From an uncultured virus (IMG/VR IMGVR_UViG_3300028581_001913) (Duplodnaviria; Heunggongvirae; Uroviricota; Caudoviricetes): a DNA stretch of 64,000 nt. The position numbers and the translations under genes are program-made. The notes below the pieces were generated by a model. That model was not told the DNA's origin. It did no database searches and saw nothing but the letters and a program-made list of their open reading frames with translations. Where the stretch lies: IMG/VR virus record IMGVR_UViG_3300028581_001913, one strand, 5' to 3'. Below are positions 58,131 through 64,000 of the stretch, in pieces (positions within the stretch are counted from its first letter, which is position 1; each line of letters opens with the position of its first letter).

Positions 58131-59372
58131 ATGGAAAAAATTGGCTTCGTTGGGATTGGAAAATTAGGATTGGATTGTGCGGAAGTCATGGCTGAAAAGC
58201 ATGAAGTGCGCGGTTATGATATTTACCCACGTTCAAGCGACTCGGTAAAAGTTTGTGACATTGCTGAATTGGTAAACGAAAGTGAATGGATTTTTATTGC
58301 TGTGCCTACCCCACATGCTGAAGGCTATGATGGTTCGGTCCCATCCAGCCACATGGAACCCCGTGATTTCGGTCATGACGCTGTGATTGATGCAATCAAG
58401 AATGTTAACCTTTATGCAACCACACCCAAGAAGGTTGTTTTGATTTCAACAGTGTTGCCTGGTACCACACGCCGACACTTTTATCCACTACTGGATTCAA
58501 AACATCAGTTCCTATACAACCCGTATCTGATTGCCATGGGGTCAGTCAAATGGGACATGGTCAACCCGGAAATGGTAATGATTGGCACCGAAGACGGTAA
58601 CCCCAATGCCCTAGCAGGTGAGTTGATTGACCTTTACAAAACCATCATGGCCAACGATCCACGCTATGAAATTGGTACCTGGGATGAATGCGAAGCTATC
58701 AAGATCTTCTACAACACATTTATCTCAGCCAAGGTCGGTCTTGTGAACATGATTCAAGATTTTGCCCTGCGCATTGGCAACATCAACGTTGATGTAGTCA
58801 CTAATGCACTGGCACGTAGCACCATGCGCATAATGGGACCCAAGTACATGACAGCCGGCATGGGCGATGCAGGTGCTTGCCATCCACGTGACAACATTGC
58901 CTTGCGTTGGTTGGCCAAGGAATACAACATTGGCTACGACTTGTTTGACACGGTGATGCATGCACGAGAAGTACAGGCCAAGAATCTGGCCATGTACCTG
59001 TTGGACTTGAGCGTGATGCACGACAACATGCCCATCGTGATACATGGCAAAGCCTACAAACCTGATGTGGAATACTGTATTGGTTCATATTCAACCTTGG
59101 TAGGACACTACATTGAACAAGAAGGTCGTCGGGTTGTTTACGTTGATCCCTTGGCAGATGACCCAACCAATGTTGTAGCCTCAGTAGACACACCTGCAAT
59201 CTTTTTGTGGGCACACAACCGCAAGATCACTTATGAATACACTGGTGATCAGCTAGACACACTGCCCTACTGCAACATCCAACCAGGCAGCGTTATTGTT
59301 GATCCATGGCGCGAACTCACATCAACCACTGAGGTAGAAGTCGTCCACTATGGCAACACAAGATCTCATTAA
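58131..59372 (+). CDS. ugd: UDP-glucose/GDP-mannose dehydrogenase family protein
   Basis: GIGKLG, IAVPTP, STVLPGT, KIFYNTF, GACHPRD and AYKP. Confidence 0.8.
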   Translation: MEKIGFVGIGKLGLDCAEVMAEKHEVRGYDIYPRSSDSVKVCDIAELVNESEWIFIAVPTPHAEGYDGSVPSSHMEPRDFGHDAVIDAIKNVNLYATTPKKVVLISTVLPGTTRRHFYPLLDSKHQFLYNPYLIAMGSVKWDMVNPEMVMIGTEDGNPNALAGELIDLYKTIMANDPRYEIGTWDECEAIKIFYNTFISAKVGLVNMIQDFALRIGNINVDVVTNALARSTMRIMGPKYMTAGMGDAGACHPRDNIALRWLAKEYNIGYDLFDTVMHAREVQAKNLAMYLLDLSVMHDNMPIVIHGKAYKPDVEYCIGSYSTLVGHYIEQEGRRVVYVDPLADDPTNVVASVDTPAIFLWAHNRKITYEYTGDQLDTLPYCNIQPGSVIVDPWRELTSTTEVEVVHYGNTRSH

Positions 59373-59868
59373 ATATCATATTCCAGTATTTTGGGATGAT
59401 GAATTTAAAAGACTTGACTACGTTAACGAGCCGTTCAATGATTTAGTGAGTGTAAACCATTGGATCAGTCAAGGTTATGCCAATCGGTTCACTGGCGACA
59501 TGTGTGACATGCGCGGTCAACAACCCCGGTGGAATCAAACGTTCCTAGACATTTACACCCAAATGGGTTGGAAAGCTATAGGCACCAGTTATTATAGAAT
59601 GACCACCGGTACCACGCTGCCAGTGCATAGTGATTTGTATGTTCGATATATTCAATTGTGCAATTTACAGGGGCAAGAACATCGCATACGTCGAGCTGTG
59701 ATATTTTTGGAAGACTGGAGATCTGGCCATTACTTTGAAGGTGCTGGGCTAGCCATAACTGGTTGGCAGGCAGGTGATGCAGTTGAGTGGGCATATAATT
59801 TGCCACACATGGCAGCAAACGTGGGAATAGACCCTAGATACACATTACAAATAACAGGATGGGTATGA
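59350..59868 (+). CDS. Cupin / 2OG-Fe(II)-like protein
   Basis: LPVHSD, HMAAN and RYTLQITG. Confidence 0.55.
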   Translation: MATQDLIKYHIPVFWDDEFKRLDYVNEPFNDLVSVNHWISQGYANRFTGDMCDMRGQQPRWNQTFLDIYTQMGWKAIGTSYYRMTTGTTLPVHSDLYVRYIQLCNLQGQEHRIRRAVIFLEDWRSGHYFEGAGLAITGWQAGDAVEWAYNLPHMAANVGIDPRYTLQITGWV

Positions 59869-60779
59869 TATCAACATACAATGAATGGGATCCACTCCGA
59901 CGCATCGTAGTGGGTCGTGCTGACACAGCCAATTGGCCTGTGAATGATCCGGTGTTTAAAAATGAGGGAGAAAAAACCACTTGGAAGGAAACTCCTGTGC
60001 CACGCGGTGCTGTGCCTCAATGGATCATTGACGAAGCCAACGAAGACCTTGAAATATTGACCCGTACATTGCAAGACTTGGGTGTCAAAGTAGAACGTCC
60101 AGATCCTTGTTTGAACTTTCAAACACATGACGGACTCTCCACTTACTGCCCTAGAGACCGATTGTTAGTATACGGGTCAACCATTGTTAATCCTGTGATG
60201 ATGTATCCCTGCAGGGACATGGAATCACAGTGCTACTATGACATCATTGACGAAGCCGAACACTACTTGCACATGCCCAGAAACGAAGGCATGATATTGG
60301 AAGCGGCCAATGTTTGCAGGCTCAATGACTCATGGTTGGTATTAGAAAGTTCAGGATGCAATGCATCAGCACTAGCATGGTTGCGTGTTCAGTTTCCGGA
60401 TGTCAAAATAGAATCCTGTAACTTCTATGCTGGCGTGCATATTGACTCAACCATTGTGCCCATACGTGAGGGCCTGGTGCTGTTGAATGGTACCAGGGTA
60501 AATGACGCCAACTGCCCAGAAGTGTTTCGTGACTGGGACAAGATCTATGTGAATGATGTGGTAGCACAAGGATTCCACGAGTACCCTTATGCGTCAAAAT
60601 GGGTGGGCATGAACATGTTGGCCGTAAATCCAACAACTGTGATTATGGATCGGAACCAACCAGACCTAATTGCTCAACTGGAACAACGTGGGTTCACTGT
60701 AATTCCATTGGAATTGCGCCACAGCCGTACCTTGGGTGGTGGGTTTCATTGTGTCACCCTGGATCTGGAACGTGGTTAG
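59865..60779 (+). CDS. Amidinotransferase (glycine/inosamine-phosphate type)
   Basis: NEWDPL, CPRD, HIDST and GGGFHCVTLD. Confidence 0.85.
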   Translation: MISTYNEWDPLRRIVVGRADTANWPVNDPVFKNEGEKTTWKETPVPRGAVPQWIIDEANEDLEILTRTLQDLGVKVERPDPCLNFQTHDGLSTYCPRDRLLVYGSTIVNPVMMYPCRDMESQCYYDIIDEAEHYLHMPRNEGMILEAANVCRLNDSWLVLESSGCNASALAWLRVQFPDVKIESCNFYAGVHIDSTIVPIREGLVLLNGTRVNDANCPEVFRDWDKIYVNDVVAQGFHEYPYASKWVGMNMLAVNPTTVIMDRNQPDLIAQLEQRGFTVIPLELRHSRTLGGGFHCVTLDLERG

Positions 60780-60826
60780 TGTTTTTGTAATGCTCCCGGC
60801 TGCCATCCGTTAGATTTGTATTTTTC

Positions 60827-60855
60827 TTGACAAAATATTTGGTTTCTTGTATAAT
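60827..60855 (+). promoter_or_regulatory. sigma70 consensus promoter
   Basis: TTGACA-17-TATAAT. Confidence 0.8.
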
Positions 60856-60889
60856 ATTATTTATGTTAAACTGCTGCAAATGGTGCTAG

Positions 60890-61918
60890 ATGACAAATTT
60901 TAAGGTGGGATTCTGCTGCAAGTGGCTCAATGACCCTAGTGAATGTGGCGGCATGAAAGTCAATGCACAGGACCGTGACTTAAACGGCAGATCAACCACC
61001 ATGCGATGGCTGCGCGAACATGCGGATTTGGCTGAAGAACGCCAATGGGACATAATGAATCATAACGCTCGTGCGGCCGTCCGGCTGATTGAGCGTGTGG
61101 CCACACTGCCACCTCAACGGCGTATGGTACGCCTGGGCAGTGAAATGTTACAAGGCTACACTGAAAAGGATTGGATCAACTGGTGGCAACGCACTGAAAT
61201 CCAAGATCATTGTGCAAAGATCTTTGCGCCTGTGGGCGAAACTGCAAGACGCCTGGGTGTGCGTTTATCATTTCATCCCGGACAGTTTTGCGTGCTAGCA
61301 TCAGAGTCAGACGAGATTGTGGAACGCAGTATCTTGGAGTTTGAGTATCATGCAGACATGGCACGGTGGATGGGCTATGGTGGGTCATGGCATGACCACG
61401 GTTTTAAAATTAATGTGCATTTGTCTGGTAAAGGTGGACCAGCAAAGTTCCTGAAAACACTAGGCAGACTCACGCCCGAAGCCAGGAATCTGATCGCCAT
61501 CGAGAATGATGAGATGACAAATGGTTTGGACGTTACTCTTGCTGTGGCTGACAGTGTGGCTCTTGTTTTGGATGTTCATCACCATTGGATCAACACCGGC
61601 GAATACATCAACCCTGATGATTCACGTGCTCAACGGGTGGTTGAGTCTTGGCGTGGTGTGCGTCCTGCTCTTCACTACAGTGTCAGCCGTGAAGATGTTG
61701 TTGTGGGATATGATGCCCATGTACGACCCGACCTCTCAGCCTTACTCAGTCAAGGCTACAAAAAGCAAAAGTTGAGAGCACATTCGGACTTTATGTGGAA
61801 TCATGCTGTGAATGACTGGGCGTTGACCTTTGTTGATCAATGGGATATACAGGTCGAAGCTAAAGGCAAAAACTTGGCCAGTGAACAAGTCTACAAACAA
61901 TGGAAGAAAAATGCTTAA
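60890..61918 (+). CDS. uvsE: UV-damage endonuclease
   Basis: RLSFHPGQF, IENDE, LDVHHH, HYS, RAHSD and EAKGK. Confidence 0.9.
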   Translation: MTNFKVGFCCKWLNDPSECGGMKVNAQDRDLNGRSTTMRWLREHADLAEERQWDIMNHNARAAVRLIERVATLPPQRRMVRLGSEMLQGYTEKDWINWWQRTEIQDHCAKIFAPVGETARRLGVRLSFHPGQFCVLASESDEIVERSILEFEYHADMARWMGYGGSWHDHGFKINVHLSGKGGPAKFLKTLGRLTPEARNLIAIENDEMTNGLDVTLAVADSVALVLDVHHHWINTGEYINPDDSRAQRVVESWRGVRPALHYSVSREDVVVGYDAHVRPDLSALLSQGYKKQKLRAHSDFMWNHAVNDWALTFVDQWDIQVEAKGKNLASEQVYKQWKKNA

Positions 61919-62204
61919 TATATTTGCGGGAATTTATGAATGGATAAAAAATGATTACCGCACGAATAATTTTAGATTTGTTGTTGAGCTGTTGGCCTGG
62001 GCTATAAGTATCGGCTGCTCAATTACCATGGCTGCTACTGTGCCAAATCCGCCCTTGCTGATTCTGTATCCTATCTGGATTGCAGGCTGTGCCATGTATG
62101 CCTGGGCTGCCTGGACTCGAAAGAGTTTTGGCATGCTGGCCAACTACTTGCTATTGGTAACAATAGATTCAGTTGGCCTGGTCCGTATGCTGTTGTTAAG
62201 TTGA
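61911..62204 (+). CDS. Small multi-TM membrane protein
   Basis: Three hydrophobic segments. Confidence 0.65.
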   Translation: MLNIFAGIYEWIKNDYRTNNFRFVVELLAWAISIGCSITMAATVPNPPLLILYPIWIAGCAMYAWAAWTRKSFGMLANYLLLVTIDSVGLVRMLLLS

Positions 62205-62537
62205 TTTCTTTTTGGCAGGTGTCCGTTTAGCCACAGCTGGCTTGGCTGTTGTTTTCTTGTCCGGTGCTGGTTTTTTAATTTTGGCAACAGCCGCTGCCTT
62301 GTTTTCAGCAGTGGCATCGGCCACTGTGGGTGCAGGTGCTTCTACTCGATCATCCGCTGATGCCCCGGGTGCAACGTCAGCAGGTTTGACGTGAATCTTG
62401 CCCGCTGGCACTGCTTTTCCGTAGGGCCAAGGACGCTCTGAGTTAGCATCATTGTCTTTTTGGTCTGGTCGACTCATGGTGTAAATCCAATACCCTGCCA
62501 GGGCCAAAATCGCAACTGTGATAATAATAACTTCCAT
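62196..62537 (-). CDS. Membrane-anchored Lys/Ala/Pro-rich protein
   Basis: AGGAG SD, N-terminal TM helix and a basic tail. Confidence 0.6.
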   Translation of the reverse strand: MEVIIITVAILALAGYWIYTMSRPDQKDNDANSERPWPYGKAVPAGKIHVKPADVAPGASADDRVEAPAPTVADATAENKAAAVAKIKKPAPDKKTTAKPAVAKRTPAKKKST

Positions 62538-62559
62538 GTGTAAATCTCCTATGCGATAT

Positions 62560-62985
62560 TTAGTGACGATGTATGCTGTCTTGCACAAACCCTAAACTTA
62601 CTCCAAGTTCTGTAGCAATTTTTTGCATAGTCCACCCTTGTGCCCTAAGTTCTTTAGTCCTTGTACGCTCATAATCTTTTCCATGTTTGCTACGTGTGTT
62701 TTCTGCAATAGATACCCATCGCAAGTTGGAAATATGATTATTCACTTTGTTACCATCAATGTGGTCAACTACAAATTTTACATCTGGACATTGGGGACCA
62801 AAATGTTCAATTTCAAGTCTATGAATAGCAGTGGTTTTTTTACATTTGTTTTCTGTAAGATTAACATACCTGTATTGATTACTGCTTGTACCAGGATTTA
62901 GTATTTTGTCATACCTTAAAGATTTAACTTGACCACCATCACTTACAGCATAATCTGGGTACCCGTTTATAATTTTCCATTCCAT
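62560..62985 (-). CDS. NUMOD4-HNH homing endonuclease with C-terminal HTH
   Basis: EWKIINGYPDYAVSDGG, VDHIDGNKVNNHISNLRWVS..EN and IATELGVS. Confidence 0.85.
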   Translation of the reverse strand: MEWKIINGYPDYAVSDGGQVKSLRYDKILNPGTSSNQYRYVNLTENKCKKTTAIHRLEIEHFGPQCPDVKFVVDHIDGNKVNNHISNLRWVSIAENTRSKHGKDYERTRTKELRAQGWTMQKIATELGVSLGFVQDSIHRH

Positions 62986-63156
62986 GTCAATTCCTTTATA
63001 TTGTTCAACAACATTATTTAGTATTTGGTCACTAATTTCGCCAAAAAAGTAAAATGATGTTGCACCGCACAAATAAATAATGTTACAATAGATCAACAAG
63101 GCGCTGAATGGTTCGGGTCTTGTGTTCTAGAACTTGCTTAATTCAAGGAGAAAAAC

Positions 63157-63414
63157 ATGTTCAATTCCGTAATCGAAGCTGTGCAAACTGCACAAAAAAC
63201 TTTTGTCAACACTGTGGTCACTAACGAAGAAATCGCCCAGCCCATGATCCGCATGATCGACAGCCAGTGCGATGCTGCCAAACTCACTGCCAAAGCTGTG
63301 CTGGATATCACCACAACTTTGGCCAGTGCTACCACTGAAAAAGTGCAAGAAGCAATGAAGTTTGACTTTACCAAATACGCTGAAGCATTCAAGCCAGCCA
63401 CTGCTAAAAAGTAA
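63157..63414 (+). CDS. Phasin-like helical protein
   Basis: Ala/Thr/Lys-rich amphipathic helices and a strong SD. Confidence 0.45.
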   Translation: MFNSVIEAVQTAQKTFVNTVVTNEEIAQPMIRMIDSQCDAAKLTAKAVLDITTTLASATTEKVQEAMKFDFTKYAEAFKPATAKK

Positions 63415-63490
63415 TACTCTAGTACTACTTTTTGAAGACCCTGCTGAGTGCAGGGTTTTTCTTGACCGGAAATTCCCAATCTGCTATAAT
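63411..63490 (+). promoter_or_regulatory. Palindrome, terminator hairpin and early promoter
   Basis: GTAATACT-CT-AGTACTAC, ACCCTGC-TGAGT-GCAGGGT plus T run, and TTGACC(63462)-17-TATAAT. Confidence 0.8.
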
Positions 63491-63496
63491 TTGGGT

Positions 63497-63730
63497 ATGA
63501 AAACAAAAATCAATGAAATATTACAGTGGTCCGGAGCGGTGTTTATCATTGCTGGTCACAGTCTCAACGCCGTGGGCCCTGAGGCCTACCCCTACAACAT
63601 TCTTGCCTTTTTTGTGGGCACAATATTGTTTATGATCTGGACAATACGTGTTGCAAACAAGCCACAGTTCATGGTGAATATTGTGGCACTGTGCATTGGA
63701 GCAAGTGGATTGTTCAAGGCATTTGGTTGA
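63497..63730 (+). CDS. Small multi-TM membrane protein
   Basis: Three hydrophobic segments. ATG 6 nt after TATAAT. Confidence 0.65.
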   Translation: MKTKINEILQWSGAVFIIAGHSLNAVGPEAYPYNILAFFVGTILFMIWTIRVANKPQFMVNIVALCIGASGLFKAFG

Positions 63731-63755
63731 CCAGAATTAACCGATCTGCTATAAT
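63727..63755 (+). promoter_or_regulatory. Early promoter
   Basis: TTGACC-17-TATAAT. Confidence 0.8.
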
Positions 63756-63785
63756 TTGGACATACAAAGAAAAAAGGAGAGAGAT

Positions 63786-63998
63786 ATGGAAGCATCGATT
63801 ACAGTAGCAGACATGATGGCGGCATTGAGTGCATTGCCCCCAGACGCACGACTGGTAGTGACCGAAAGCGGTTATTACAGTTATGGTGAGTTGGCCCGTG
63901 TGGGCTTGCCAGAAGCCTACACCATGGACGGCGACGAGGATGACATCCCTCGTGGCACTGTGGTGTACCGTATTGGTCACAGCCACCAAAGTTATTGA
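63786..63998 (+). CDS. Small early hypothetical protein
   Basis: AAGGAG SD, 70 aa. Confidence 0.65.
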   Translation: MEASITVADMMAALSALPPDARLVVTESGYYSYGELARVGLPEAYTMDGDEDDIPRGTVVYRIGHSHQSY

Positions 63999-64000
63999 AC

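Noticed and set aside
63081..63088. TGTTACAA as another Pho half-site
   Set aside because: It is a single half-site without the 11-bp partner or the 11-nt spacing to TAAATA.
1..64000. CRISPR array, tRNA/rRNA genes, reverse transcriptase/DGR, integrase or transposase
   Set aside because: I saw no regularly spaced repeat-spacer array, cloverleaf, RT or recombinase motifs by eye. A tRNAscan/Infernal run would be needed to exclude them fully.
1..64000. Stop-codon reassignment (alternative genetic code)
   Set aside because: Core genes (nrdA, nrdB, helicases, ligase, clpX) are full length in the standard code and coding density is high.

Overview
This window is part of a large T4-like/jumbo dsDNA tailed-phage genome read in the standard genetic code. 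The host is probably an aquatic proteobacterium, inferred from the IscU, Grx4 and ClpX sequences. It contains replication genes (UvsW-like helicase, clamp-loader-like subunit, primase, DnaB-like helicase, two DnaE-like proteins, ligase, nrdA/nrdB/glutaredoxin) and virion genes (tail fibres, PAAR, probable head proteins). Host-like genes include an Fe-S set (grx4, iscU, iscA), a proteostasis/translation set (clpX, rpsU, hsp20, clpS), uvsE, ugd and an amidinotransferase. There are five free-standing homing endonucleases and several AT-rich inserted radical-SAM, methyltransferase and GDS-motif genes. The most striking signal is a candidate phosphate-starvation island at about 51-56.7 kb. It holds a PlcP-like phospholipase C and an Agt-like glycosyltransferase (the bacterial lipid-remodelling pair), plus a porin and a BPL_N-like gene. 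These are preceded by Pho-box-like repeats lying exactly 11 nt before a phage late-type TAAATA element. Other signals are a repeated palindrome-promoter-RBS cassette, apparently leaderless genes, and several candidate structured RNAs. All calls come from motif recognition by eye; no database searches were run.
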